64,000 nucleotides of DNA from an uncultured Actinomycetota bacterium (GTDB lineage Bacteria; Actinomycetota; Actinomycetes; CAVWCF01). Below the pieces are notes generated by a model. It saw only the letters and a list, made by a program, of their open reading frames with translations, did no database searches and was not told where the DNA came from. Position 1 is the stretch's first letter. Each line of letters begins with the position of its first letter. Location: positions 1,152,001 through 1,216,000 of the forward strand of contig CAVWCF010000001.1 of assembly GCA_963753435.1 (NCBI GenBank), read 5' to 3'. Of the stretch, positions 51,824 through 61,963 are shown in pieces. The position numbers and the translations under genes are program-made.

Positions 51824-52814
51824 ATGTCCAGCACGCCACCCACATCCGTTCCGGTCGAAGCCGATGTGCCGATCGACGAGTCGGATGCGGCGCTGGCAAG
51901 CGGAGAGGCGCAAGACGCGCCCGCACCTGAGGAAGCCCCGACCCCGCCACCGATGACGCCGTGGGCGGCCGACGCCCCCGCGGTGCTCGCCGGTAAGGCC
52001 GCCGCCGCGGCTGCAGAGGTGGCGCAGGCGCTACGCACCGAGCCGGACCCGACGGCCGCGGCCTTCTTCGACATCGACAACACGCTGGTGCGCGGCGCGG
52101 CCATGTTCCACCTGGCGCGCGGCCTGGCCCGGCGCGGCTTCTTCAGCGCCGCCCAGGTGAACCGGTTCCTACGCGACCAACTGGCGTTCCGCGCCCGCGG
52201 GGAGAACCTGGAAACGATGGGCGACATCACCGAGGTGGCGCTGTCGTTCGTGGCGGACCGGACCGTGGACGAGATCGTCCATGTGGGCCGGGAGATCTTT
52301 GATGAACGCATCGCCGGCAAGTTGTACGGCGGGGCGTTGACCTTGGCGCGTCAGCACGTCGACTCCGGGCAGCGGGTGTGGCTGGTGTCGGCCGCACCGA
52401 TGGAACTGGCCTCGATCATCTCCCAGCGACTGGGGCTGACCGGCGCGCTGGGCACCGTTTCTGAGACCGAACGCGGCCGCTACACCGGCAAGCTCGTGGG
52501 ATCGCCGTTGCATGGAGCCGCCAAAGCCGAAGCGGTGCGCGCGCTGGCCGCACGCGAAGGTTTGGACCTGAGCCGTTGCACCGCCTACTCCGACTCGGTC
52601 AACGACGTACCGATGCTGTCCTTGGTCGGCAACCCGGTGGCGGTCAACCCCGACCGGGCCCTGCGGCAGGCACGCCAACGACCTCGGCTGGGCCATCTAC
52701 GACTTCCGCACCGGTCGCCGCGTGGCGATGGTGGGACTGCCCGTTGCGGGTGCTGCGCTACTCCTGGGCGCAGTGGCAGGGGCCGCCATCGTTTGGGACC
52801 GACGCCGCCGCTAA
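51824..52814 (+). CDS. HAD-IB family hydrolase (SerB-like; apparent frameshift near 52670)
   Basis: AFFDIDNT, AYSDSVND.PML, AVNPD; shifted frame gives GWAIYDFRTGRR + TM + RRRR* at 52814. Confidence 0.85.
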
Positions 52815-52829
52815 CCGCACTCGGCAGGT

Positions 52830-53837
52830 CTAGAAGAAGACGCTGCGGCGCTGCATCAGCAGTCGGTACAAGGACTGCTGGATCGTCTCGCGGACCCGGT
52901 CGGTCAGGTCGAACACGAACATCGGGTCCTCAGCCGCCTCGGGGCCGAACTCCGTGGTGTCGATCGGCTCACCGAACTCGATGATCCACTTGCTCGGCAG
53001 CGGGATCATCCCGAGCGGCCCCAGCCACGGGAACGTCGGCGTCAGCGGGAAGTACGGCAGCCCCAGCACGCGTGCGATCGTCTTGGCGTTGCCCAGCATC
53101 GGGTACGTCTCCTCCGCACCCACGATGGCCGCCGGCACGATCGGAACCTGCGCCTTCAACGCCGCCCCGACGAAGCCGCCGCGGCCGAACCGCTGCAACT
53201 TGTACCGCTCCGAGTACGGCTTGCCGACGCCCTTGAACCCCTCCGGCCAAACCCCGACGACCTCGCCGGAATCAAGCAACCGTTCGACGTCCTCGCTGCA
53301 AGCCAACGTGTGCCCGGCCTTGCGAGCCAACTCGCCCAACCACGGCATGGCGAACACCAGATCCGCGCCGAGCATGCGCAAGTTGCGTCCGGCCGGATGG
53401 TGGTCGTGAATCGCCACCTGCGTCATCACCGAGTCCACCGCGATGGTGCCGGAGTGGTTGGCCACAACCAGCGCGCCGCCGGTGTCCGGGATGTTGTCCA
53501 GTCCGTGCGCGTCCACCCGGAACCACTTGTCGTACAGCGGTCGGACCATGTTCAGCAGCACCCGGTCGGTCAACTCCGGCTCGAACCCGAAGTCGTCGAC
53601 CACGTAGTCCCCGGTCATCCGCCGCCGCACGAAGGCCAGGGTCTCGGCAACCCGGCGGTCCCAGTCGGAGCGATCCGGAGCGGGCTCCGCAGCCGGCTCG
53701 GCGTTGGCGCTGTCGGCCGGGTCGGCGAGGTCGCGAACCGCATCCGGCACGTCGTCGAAGGCCACGGGCTGCGGCCGACGGGCCCGGCGTCGGGGACCGT
53801 CCTCGCCGTCGATCGGAATGACCTTTGCCTCAGCCAT
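52830..53837 (-). CDS. Lysophospholipid acyltransferase family protein
   Basis: VVANHSG, WPEGFKG, RFGRGGFV, VGAEE. Confidence 0.9.
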   Translation of the reverse strand: MAEAKVIPIDGEDGPRRRARRPQPVAFDDVPDAVRDLADPADSANAEPAAEPAPDRSDWDRRVAETLAFVRRRMTGDYVVDDFGFEPELTDRVLLNMVRPLYDKWFRVDAHGLDNIPDTGGALVVANHSGTIAVDSVMTQVAIHDHHPAGRNLRMLGADLVFAMPWLGELARKAGHTLACSEDVERLLDSGEVVGVWPEGFKGVGKPYSERYKLQRFGRGGFVGAALKAQVPIVPAAIVGAEETYPMLGNAKTIARVLGLPYFPLTPTFPWLGPLGMIPLPSKWIIEFGEPIDTTEFGPEAAEDPMFVFDLTDRVRETIQQSLYRLLMQRRSVFF

Positions 53838-54855
53838 CCGCACCGCCCGTCAACGTGTCCACCAACTTCTCCTCCACCGACCGTACGGCGTCGTGCGGGA
53901 TAAGTGGAGTCACCTGGGCGGCCAGGTAGTCATCAAACGCTGCAATGGTCGAGTAGGCAGGTTGCCAGCCCACGTCAACGGCCAACCGCTCGGTGTCGAC
54001 GACCCGGCCGTAGCGGAGCAGTTGCACCTGGTCGGGGCTGAAGTCCACCAGTCCGGCGCGGCGCACCCAGCGACCCGTGCTGGACATCAGCGGCGCCGGC
54101 AGCGGCAGGAACGGCTTGCCGGCCCGCGCGATCGCCTGACCCAGTGTGACGATGCCGGACCCGGCGGCATTGAACGTGCCGGTGTGCGACTCCAGGGTCA
54201 TCGACTTGAGCAGCTCCAAACAGTCGTCCTCGTGGATGAACTGCAGGCGCGGGTCGTAGCCCATGACCGTCGGGATCACCGGCAGCCGGAAGTAGGAAGT
54301 GAATGCGGTGGTGATGCCCGGCCCGACCACGTTGGCGAAGCGCAGTTGCACCACGCCGACGTCGGGTCGGCGACGCGCGAACCCGCGTACGTAGCTTTCG
54401 ACCTCCACGCTGTCCTTGCCGTAGCCGGACCGCGGCAGCGATTTGGGGTCCATGGCTTCGGTGAACATGCCCGGGTCCTTGGGACCGGAGCCGTAGACAG
54501 CCGTGGAGGACTTGACCACCAGCCGCTTGACCGACCCGGCGCGCTGGCAGGCGGCCAACAACTGCATCGTCCCGATGACGTTGATTTCCTTCATCGACGC
54601 CCGGCCGCCGACCGAAACCGGCGTGGCGATCACGTTCATGTGAACGACGGTGTCGACCTCCGCGGCGGCGATGACCTTGGAGATGATCGGGTTACGGATG
54701 TCGGCACGGACGAACTCGACGTCGCCGAGGTCTTCGTCAGGTGAAACGACATCGACGCCGACGACGCGGTCCACGTCGGGGGCGTCCAGAAGCATCCGGG
54801 CCAGGCGTCCGCCCAGGTAGCGGGCTACCCCGGTGACCAGAACTACCCGGCCCAT
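53830..54855 (-). CDS. NAD-dependent epimerase/dehydratase family protein
   Basis: VLVTGVARYLG, NVIGTMQL, KSSTAVYG, YDPRLQFIHEDD. Confidence 0.9.
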   Translation of the reverse strand: MGRVVLVTGVARYLGGRLARMLLDAPDVDRVVGVDVVSPDEDLGDVEFVRADIRNPIISKVIAAAEVDTVVHMNVIATPVSVGGRASMKEINVIGTMQLLAACQRAGSVKRLVVKSSTAVYGSGPKDPGMFTEAMDPKSLPRSGYGKDSVEVESYVRGFARRRPDVGVVQLRFANVVGPGITTAFTSYFRLPVIPTVMGYDPRLQFIHEDDCLELLKSMTLESHTGTFNAAGSGIVTLGQAIARAGKPFLPLPAPLMSSTGRWVRRAGLVDFSPDQVQLLRYGRVVDTERLAVDVGWQPAYSTIAAFDDYLAAQVTPLIPHDAVRSVEEKLVDTLTGGADG

Positions 54856-54858
54856 GGA

Positions 54859-54957
54859 TTACTTCTTGTTGCGCCGCTGGTGACGGGTCTTGCGCAGCAG
54901 CTTGCGGTGCTTCTTCTTCGCCATCCGCTTGCGCCGCTTCTTGATGACCGAGCCCAC
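54859..54957 (-). CDS. 30S ribosomal protein bS22 (AURKAIP1/COX24-like)
   Basis: Manual translation (M)GSVIKKRRKRMAKKKHRKLLRKTRHQRRNKK*; below the ORF track cutoff. Confidence 0.93.
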   Translation of the reverse strand: MGSVIKKRRKRMAKKKHRKLLRKTRHQRRNKK

Positions 54958-55097
54958 GCCGGTGCCTTCCGATCGAGATCTGAGTTGTTCAGCCTACCCG
55001 CGCCCAAGCGCTGGGTTTCACCGCGAGCCCGCGGCCACAATGCGGCATTGCGGCGACCTATTGGCCACAAAGCCGCATTCAAGGCGTGCAGCCAGGT

Positions 55098-55298
55098 TCA
55101 GCCGGCCTCGTAGAACGAGTTGCGCAGGTACTCGGTGACCGCGTCCTGCGGCACGCGGAACGACCGGCCCACGCGTACGGCGGGCAGCGTCCCGGCATGC
55201 ACCAGCCGATAGACGGTCATTTTGGATACCCGCATGGCCTCGGCCACTTCGGCGACGGTCAGGAACTTCACGTCCCCCAACCCAGGTCCAGACGCCAT
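55098..55298 (-). CDS. Excisionase-like helix-turn-helix DNA-binding protein (Rv0500A-like)
   Basis: FLTVAEVAEAMRVSKMTVYRLVHAGTLPAVRVGRSFRVP; GGAGG RBS. Confidence 0.92.
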   Translation of the reverse strand: MASGPGLGDVKFLTVAEVAEAMRVSKMTVYRLVHAGTLPAVRVGRSFRVPQDAVTEYLRNSFYEAG

Positions 55299-55447
55299 GG
55301 CACACCTCCGGTCCCAGGCTTCCGCTCGGCTTCCCCGCCGACGGTTCCCGGGACAATCGGTGTGATCGTAGTTACCACCGTGACGCGTGGGTAGTGGAAT
55401 TCCGGAATCTGCACCTGGCCACCACCCGTTCGGGCTAGTCAGGTGCC

Positions 55448-56620
55448 CTACCCAGGCTCCAGGCCGAAGTGGCCGAACACCGCCCGTTGGGTCTCCAGAA
55501 TGGCCGCGTCCACGGGGTCGGCCGGGTCGAACCCGTCCACGAAACGACGAAACGTCGGCGTCACCCCGTCGGTCATCCGCCCGGGCGCCTGCCGGCCCAG
55601 CCGCTCGGCCACGTACTCCCGCCAGCCCGCCGGGATGGCCGTCGTCGGCTCCACCGGGTGACCGGATGCGATCCCGACCAGGTGCGCCCAGGCCCGCGGC
55701 ACCACCTGCACCCACTCGTACCCGCCGCCGCCGGTGGCCACCCAGCGTCCGTCGCAGACCTCGTGGGCCAGGGAATGCAATGCCTGCATGGCCGCACGCT
55801 GCCCGTCGATGGACAGCGCCAGGTGGGCCAGTGGGTCCTGCGCGTGGGAGTCGACACCGTGCTGGCTGACCAACAACTGCGGCTTGAAGGCACGCAGTAG
55901 CGGCGGAACGATCGCGTCGAACGCGCGCAGCCACCGCGCGTCGTCGGTTCCGGCCGGTAGCGCCACGTTGGCAGCGCTGCCGCCGCCGGCCGCCCTCCCG
56001 GTCTCGCTCGGGTAGCCGGTGCCGGGGAACAGCGACTCCGGCGACTCGTGCAACGAGATGGTCAGCACCCGGGGGTCGTCGGCGAACACCTCCTGCACGC
56101 CGTCGCCGTGATGAACGTCCACGTCCACGTAGGCGACGCGTTCGGCGCCGTGGTCCAGCGCCCACTGGATGCCGACGGCGAGGTCGTTGTACAGGCAGAA
56201 GCCGGACGCCGATCCGGGCATGGAGTGGTGCAAACCGCCGGCCAGGTTGACCCCATGCAGTACTTCCCCGGACCACACCCCCTGCACCGCGGCCAGCGTC
56301 GCGCCAACCACGCGGACGGCCGCGTCGTGCATGCCGTCGAACGCCGGATTGTCCGGCGTGCCAAGGCCGTGCTCCAGGTCCTGCGTTGCGCCCGTGGCCG
56401 CCTTCATCGCGTCGATGAAGTGCTGCTCGTGGACGGCGGCCAGCACCTCGGGCGCGACGTCCACCGGCAGCACCGTCCGGATGCGGTCGGGCTCCAGCAG
56501 TCCCAGGTCGCGGGCCAGCAGCATCGCCAACTCAACGCGGATCGGGGCCAACGGGTGCCCGGGCCCGAAGTCGTACGCGCGCAGGCGGTCATCCCAGACG
56601 AACAACGCCGGACCGCTCAT
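55448..56620 (-). CDS. acuC: Acetoin utilization protein AcuC / HDAC-family deacetylase
   Basis: GHPLAPIR, AGGLHH, ASGFCLYND, DVDVHHGDG, SLHE, FPGTG, GGGGY. Confidence 0.9.
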   Translation of the reverse strand: MSGPALFVWDDRLRAYDFGPGHPLAPIRVELAMLLARDLGLLEPDRIRTVLPVDVAPEVLAAVHEQHFIDAMKAATGATQDLEHGLGTPDNPAFDGMHDAAVRVVGATLAAVQGVWSGEVLHGVNLAGGLHHSMPGSASGFCLYNDLAVGIQWALDHGAERVAYVDVDVHHGDGVQEVFADDPRVLTISLHESPESLFPGTGYPSETGRAAGGGSAANVALPAGTDDARWLRAFDAIVPPLLRAFKPQLLVSQHGVDSHAQDPLAHLALSIDGQRAAMQALHSLAHEVCDGRWVATGGGGYEWVQVVPRAWAHLVGIASGHPVEPTTAIPAGWREYVAERLGRQAPGRMTDGVTPTFRRFVDGFDPADPVDAAILETQRAVFGHFGLEPG

Positions 56621-56696
56621 ACCGCGACGCTATCCGCTGCGTGGACGCGCTGCTCGGGAGTGGTCGGCGAGCGCGCGCCGACCCGACTGCGAGTTG

Positions 56697-57881
56697 TCAC
56701 TCCATCCGCAACGCGACGACCGGATCGAGCCGACCGGCTCTGCGGGCCGGGAAGACACCGAAGAAGACCCCGACCCCGGCGGACACCCCGAAGGCCAGCA
56801 GCACTGACCACCAAGTGACCGCGGCCGGCAACGGGGATACCGCCGCGATCAGCAACGCGCCCCCGACGCCGATGGCGATGCCGAGCGCGCCGCCGATCGT
56901 GGTCAGCAGCACCGCTTCGGTCAGGAACTGCGTGAGGATGTCCCGTTGCCGCGCGCCCAGGGCCTTGCGCAGGCCGATCTCCCGGGTTCGTTCGCGCACG
57001 CTGACCAACATGATGTTGGAGACACCGACACCACCGACCAGCAGCGAGATGGCCGCGATCGCGGCCAGCACCAGCGTCAGCAACCCGAGGATGGTGCCGA
57101 GCGTGCCCAGGATCTGCGTCTGCGTTACCGCGGAGAACTCATCCCCCGGGTACTTGTCCTGCAACGCCTCAACGATCTCTTCCTGCAGCGGCTCCACCGA
57201 TGCCACCGTGGGCGCCTTGACGGCGAGGGCGTCGACGCGGTCCACGCCGAACAGTCGCTGTGCCGCGGTGACCGGCACATGCACTTCTTCGTCGCGGCTG
57301 ACGCCGAACGTGGAGCCCACTTCGGCGAACACTCCGATGACCCGGAACCGGACGCCGGCCACCTGCACCTGCCGACCCAGCGGGTCCAACTCGCCGAACA
57401 GGGTGTCCGCCAGCCCACTGCCGAGCACGGCGACGCGGCGCCTGGTGTCAACGTCGGAACCGCTGATGTAGCGGCCGCGGTCAAGTGGGCGGTCGAAGAC
57501 GTTGGGGACGTTCTCGTTGGTGCCGTTGATGGTGACGAACAGGCTCTGGTTGCCGACCCGCACCTCTTCGCCGCTGGACACCGTGGTCGCCACCGCGGCC
57601 TCGTTGCCGAGCACCCGGCCGATGTACGCCACGTCCTCGTACTGCAGGCGACTGACGCTGGGGGCGGCGCCGAACTCGAACGTCCCGGGCACCACGAGGA
57701 TCAGGTTGGAGCCCAGGCCCTGAACCTGCTTCTCCACCTCGGCCTTGGCGCCGTTGCCGATGGCGACCAGGAGCACGACCGCGGCGACTCCGATGATGAC
57801 GCCGAGCATCGTCAGCAGGCTGCGCAGCCGGTTGGCACGCAGGGCGTCGACGGCGACGCGGAAGGACTCCGACCCGCTCAC
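56697..57881 (-). CDS. MacB/FtsX-like ABC transporter permease
   Basis: RSLLTMLGVIIGVAAV, VGGVGVSNIMLVSVRERTREIGLRKALGA, PARRA..LDPV.AL. Confidence 0.92.
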   Translation of the reverse strand: MSGSESFRVAVDALRANRLRSLLTMLGVIIGVAAVVLLVAIGNGAKAEVEKQVQGLGSNLILVVPGTFEFGAAPSVSRLQYEDVAYIGRVLGNEAAVATTVSSGEEVRVGNQSLFVTINGTNENVPNVFDRPLDRGRYISGSDVDTRRRVAVLGSGLADTLFGELDPLGRQVQVAGVRFRVIGVFAEVGSTFGVSRDEEVHVPVTAAQRLFGVDRVDALAVKAPTVASVEPLQEEIVEALQDKYPGDEFSAVTQTQILGTLGTILGLLTLVLAAIAAISLLVGGVGVSNIMLVSVRERTREIGLRKALGARQRDILTQFLTEAVLLTTIGGALGIAIGVGGALLIAAVSPLPAAVTWWSVLLAFGVSAGVGVFFGVFPARRAGRLDPVVALRME

Positions 57882-57906
57882 GCCGCACCACCGGCGCGCC
57901 GATTCC

Positions 57907-58635
57907 TCATGCTGCGGAGTCCTCGACGATCAGGCCGTCGCGCACGGTGATCTGACGACGGGCGTGGGCGGCGATCTCCAGTTCGTGGGTCACCAGGGCG
58001 ACGGCGACGCCGCGGTCGTCGTTGAGCCGCTGCAGGATCTCCATCACCTCAGCACCGCTGCGGGTGTCCAGGTTCCCGGTCGGCTCATCGGCCAGCAACA
58101 ACTCCGGTTCACCGACGAGGGCGCGCGCGATGGCCACCCGCTGCTGCTCGCCGCCGGACAGTTGTGCGGGCCGGTGATCGAGCCGGTGCCCCAGCCCGAC
58201 CGCCGTCAACGCCTCCTGGGCACGCTCGCGGCGCTCCGCCTTGGGAACGCCGCGGTAAATCAGCGGCAACTGCACGTTGTCCAAGGCGCTGGTGCGCGCC
58301 AGCAGTTGGAACGACTGGAAGACGAAGCCGATGGTTTGGTTGCGCAACTGCGCGAGCTCGGAGTCGGACAACTCTGAGATCTCCCGACCGTCGATCCGCA
58401 GCGATCCCGACGTCGGTCGATCCAGGCAACCGAGCAGGTGCATCAACGTCGACTTGCCGGAACCGGACGGACCGACGATCGCCAGGAACTCACCGGGATG
58501 AATCCGCAATGAGACACCGCGCAGGGCCGGAACGGTCAGGCCCTCCATCGGGTATTCGCGGGTGACGTCGATGGCTTCGACGATGGGGGCTTCGACGATG
58601 CGCTCTGCTTCTGGCTCGTCCGGCTCGGCGGTCAC
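57907..58635 (-). CDS. ABC transporter ATP-binding protein (LolD/MacB-like)
   Basis: GPSGSGKST, LSGGEQQRVAIARAL, LADEPTGNLD. Confidence 0.95.
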   Translation of the reverse strand: MTAEPDEPEAERIVEAPIVEAIDVTREYPMEGLTVPALRGVSLRIHPGEFLAIVGPSGSGKSTLMHLLGCLDRPTSGSLRIDGREISELSDSELAQLRNQTIGFVFQSFQLLARTSALDNVQLPLIYRGVPKAERRERAQEALTAVGLGHRLDHRPAQLSGGEQQRVAIARALVGEPELLLADEPTGNLDTRSGAEVMEILQRLNDDRGVAVALVTHELEIAAHARRQITVRDGLIVEDSAA

Positions 58636-59978
58636 TGCTCTGTGGCCGTCTCACCCTCGACGACCGTCTGGCCCTCGACGACGCGGTCCGCGCCGGAGAC
58701 GACGATGCGCTGACCCTCCTTGAGCCCGTCGAGGATCTCCACGGAGTCCGCCCCCTGCGCGCCCACCCGAACCGGTGCCCGTTCCGCCCGCCCGGAGGCG
58801 TCGACCGCCCAAACCGCGTCCGTGCCCTCGTCGCGGAACACCGCGGTCGCAGGGACTGCCAGCACATCCTCAGCGTTGCGAACCTGAAGCCGCGCCACCG
58901 CGGACATCCCGGCGCGCGGCGCCGGTGCCGGGTCCCCGAACTCGTCCGTGCCGCCGCCGAGCGTGAGCCGCACGCCATAGGACACCGCGCCCGCGCCGGC
59001 GCCCGTCGGCGTCGGATCGACCGAGGCGACCTCGCCGGTGTAGCGGGCACCGGGCACCGCGTCCAGTTCGATCTCGGCCGTAACGCCGGGGGTGACCAGG
59101 AAGACGTCGGTCTCATCCACCTGCGCGGCAAGGGTGAGCACCGCGGCATCGACGATGGACGCCACCACGTCCCCGGACTGCACCGGGCTGCCCACGCTCA
59201 ACGTTCCGGTGGTGCTTGCGCCGCCACCGCCGCCACCGAAGAGGCTGGCTACCCCACCGAGCGATGACGGCAACTGGTCGGCCAGATCCGATGACCCGGA
59301 CCCGCCGGCACCACCAAGGGTGACTACGCCGGCGATCGGGGCCACGACCGTCAGCGCATCCACCGTGGACTGCGCCGCCGCGACCGCGGCCTTGGTCTGC
59401 ACGCGCTGCGCGCCCGCCAACGCAGACGCCGTGTCGCCGAGTGCGGACAGCCCCCGCTCCAACTGGGCGGCGGCCTGCTGGCCCTGGGCCCGGGCGGCGG
59501 CGTACTGCGCCTCCGCGGCGGCGATTCGCGCCAGCGCCTCCTGCTTGATGGTCTCGTCCGGGATCTGCTCGGCCGCCTCGCGCGCGGCGGCGAATGCGGC
59601 CTCAGCCGCGTCGTCGGCCTGCGCGCCGAAGCCGCCGAGGTCCAGGTCCACCTCCGGGCTGCGGGCTGCCTGCGCGGCCTGCCGGTCGGCCTCCCTGGCC
59701 TGTTGCAGCGCCTGTTCGGCGCCCGGGGATTTGATGCGCAGCAGTTCCTGTCCCGCCCGCACCGTGGCGCCATCGGCGACCGAAAGCGAAGCCACCGAGC
59801 CGTCGGCGGCCGCGGTCAGGGAAGCGCTGGCGCGAGCCGTGACCGTGGCCGGCGCCTCGACCACCTCAACGACGGTGTCCCGGCCCACCTCGCCGACGAC
59901 GATGCCGTCATCGGTGCCGGAACTGCACGCGCCAAGCAGCAGCGCCGCACCGGCGACCGCGAGCAGGCGTGCTTTCAC
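58632..59978 (-). CDS. Efflux periplasmic adaptor / HlyD-like lipoprotein
   Basis: Lipobox LGAC, biotinyl-lipoyl-like halves around a coiled coil, VDETD, PRAGMSA, VEILDGL. Confidence 0.85.
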   Translation of the reverse strand: MKARLLAVAGAALLLGACSSGTDDGIVVGEVGRDTVVEVVEAPATVTARASASLTAAADGSVASLSVADGATVRAGQELLRIKSPGAEQALQQAREADRQAAQAARSPEVDLDLGGFGAQADDAAEAAFAAAREAAEQIPDETIKQEALARIAAAEAQYAAARAQGQQAAAQLERGLSALGDTASALAGAQRVQTKAAVAAAQSTVDALTVVAPIAGVVTLGGAGGSGSSDLADQLPSSLGGVASLFGGGGGGASTTGTLSVGSPVQSGDVVASIVDAAVLTLAAQVDETDVFLVTPGVTAEIELDAVPGARYTGEVASVDPTPTGAGAGAVSYGVRLTLGGGTDEFGDPAPAPRAGMSAVARLQVRNAEDVLAVPATAVFRDEGTDAVWAVDASGRAERAPVRVGAQGADSVEILDGLKEGQRIVVSGADRVVEGQTVVEGETATEQ

Positions 59979-60030
59979 GTATTCATCGTAAGTTCACGCA
60001 ACGACCCCGGCAGTACGGCGATATGCGCCG

Positions 60031-60831
60031 TCAGCTGCCCGTTGCCAGTTCGTGGCTGCGGTTGCGGGCCGCCTCCATCGCCGAAAGGAACGCGGCGCGC
60101 ACCTTGTGGTCGTCCAGGACCCGAAGTGCCGCCACGGTCGTGCCGGCCGGTGAGGACACGTTCTCCCGCAGCACCGAGGGGTGTTCGCCGGTCTCCTTGA
60201 GCATCTTCGCGCTGCCCACCAGCGTCTGGATCGCCAGTTCGCTGGAGACCGCCCGCGGCAGCCCGAGGAGGACGCCGGCCTCGATCATCGCCTCGATGAC
60301 GTAGAAGACGTAGGCGGGGCCGGACCCGGAGATCGCGGTGACCGCGTCCTGGTACTTCTCCTGCACCCGGACGACGTGGCCGACGCTGCGCATCAGCTTC
60401 TCCGCCTGCTCCAGGTGCTCGTCGTCGCAGTGCGCACCTGCGGAGATCGCCGACATCCCCTCGTCGACCAGGGCCGGGGTGTTCGGCATGACCCGCACCA
60501 CCGGCACTCCGGCCGGGGTGCGGCTTTCCAGGGTCTCCGTCGTGATGCCCGCCGCCAGGGAGATGACCAGCGACTCGTGGGAGACGTGCGGCGAGATCTC
60601 AGCGAGTAACCCGTCCATGTCCTGCGGCTTGACCACGAGGATCAGCGTGTCGGCCGCCTCGGCGGCAGCGGAGTTGTCGAGGACGGCGACGCCGTAGGTC
60701 TCGGTCAGTTCAGCGGCGCGCTCGGCACGGCGCTCGGCAACCACGAGCTCGTCGGCGGCGTGTCCAGCGCGAAGCAGCCCCGACAGGATGGCTTCGCCCA
60801 TCACCCCGCCACCGAATACTGCGATCGTCAT
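60031..60831 (-). CDS. proC: Pyrroline-5-carboxylate reductase
   Basis: GGGVMG, VKPQD, RVMPNTP, SGSGPAY, SSPAGTT. Confidence 0.96.
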   Translation of the reverse strand: MTIAVFGGGVMGEAILSGLLRAGHAADELVVAERRAERAAELTETYGVAVLDNSAAAEAADTLILVVKPQDMDGLLAEISPHVSHESLVISLAAGITTETLESRTPAGVPVVRVMPNTPALVDEGMSAISAGAHCDDEHLEQAEKLMRSVGHVVRVQEKYQDAVTAISGSGPAYVFYVIEAMIEAGVLLGLPRAVSSELAIQTLVGSAKMLKETGEHPSVLRENVSSPAGTTVAALRVLDDHKVRAAFLSAMEAARNRSHELATGS

Positions 60832-60883
60832 GCAGTCCCCTCCTCGCCGTACATGCCACTGCGTCGCCGCTGGCCCTGATGAC

Positions 60884-61811
60884 TCAACTACTTGATGCCA
60901 CTGCCCGCAGGAACAACGCCAGGTTCGCGGGTTTCTCAGCCAGGCGCCGGACCAGGTACGCCCACCAGTCTTCACCGTAGGGGACGTAGACCCGCACTCG
61001 CTCCCCCTCGGCGACGAGTCGGCGCTGTTCGTCCGAGCGCACGCCGAAGAGCATCTGGAACTCGTACTCGCCCGGTGCCCGGCCGTGGCGGATGGCCAGG
61101 GCGGCGGCGATGTCGATGAGTCGCGGGTCGTGGGTGGCGATCATCGGGTAGGTGGAACCGCTCAAGAGCAGGTTCAGGCAGCGGACGTAGGCGCGGTCGA
61201 TGTCGCGACGCCGGGTGTACGCGACCGACGCCGGCTCCTCATACGCCCCCTTGCACAGCCGGACCCGAACCCCACGGTCGGACAGATTGCGGCAGTCGCG
61301 TTCGGTCCGGAACAAGGCCGACTGCAGGACCACGCCGGTGTCGGGGAAGTCCGGCCACAGGTCGTTCAAGAGTTCGCAGCGTCGCTTCGGTGGTGGTGTG
61401 GTCTTCCATGTCGACGGTGACGGTGGTCCCCATGCCGGCGGCCTGGGCGCAGATCCGCCGCGCATGCTCGGTGCTGATGGCCGAACCGTCGGGCAAGGCC
61501 TGACCGAGCGCGGAGAGTTTCACCGACACCTCGACGGAGTTGCTCAGACCGGCGCCGGCGATCAGGTCCAGCAGCGACAGGTACGCCTCCGTCGCGGCCT
61601 CGGCCCGGCCGGGGTCGGTGGTGTGCTCACCGAGGTGATCGACGGTTGCGGTCAGCCCGTCGTTGGTGAGTGCGCGCACGGCGACCAGCGCGTCGACGAC
61701 GCTCTCGCCGGCCACGAAGCGCTCAACCACCCCGGCCGTTACCGGGCTGGCCATGACGGCCCGGCGCAGGTCATCGCTGTCCGACATGGCGATCAGGGCG
61801 TGCCGCAGCAT
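60884..61811 (-). CDS. Monofunctional proline dehydrogenase (apparent frameshift near 61375)
   Basis: RFVAGE, DHLGE, SVKLSALG, VDMED / GVVLQS, RLCKGAY, IATHD, EFQMLFG, YVPYG. Confidence 0.9.
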
Positions 61812-61846
61812 GTCCTCAGGCTAGGCCGCTCCTCTACATCTCGATA

Positions 61847-61903
61847 TGCAACCTGGACGCCCGAACGCATCCGCGGCGGATGCGATTCAGCTGCAGTGTT
61901 GCG
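61847..61903. repeat. 57-bp spaced palindrome, solo copy 4
   Basis: TGCAAC(61847)-N14-GCATCC(61867)-N5-GGATGC(61878)-N14-GTTGCG(61898). Confidence 0.9.
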
Positions 61904-61963
61904 GATCGAGTGCGGTGTCCGGCCGGGCGCGGTGTCCGTTCCGACCGGCCGCCGCGACGAGAT

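Noticed and set aside
55098-55298. Excisionase as a sign of a prophage or ICE
   Set aside because: It is the conserved chromosomal HTH gene of the proC-bS22 block; no integrase, att site or phage genes are nearby.
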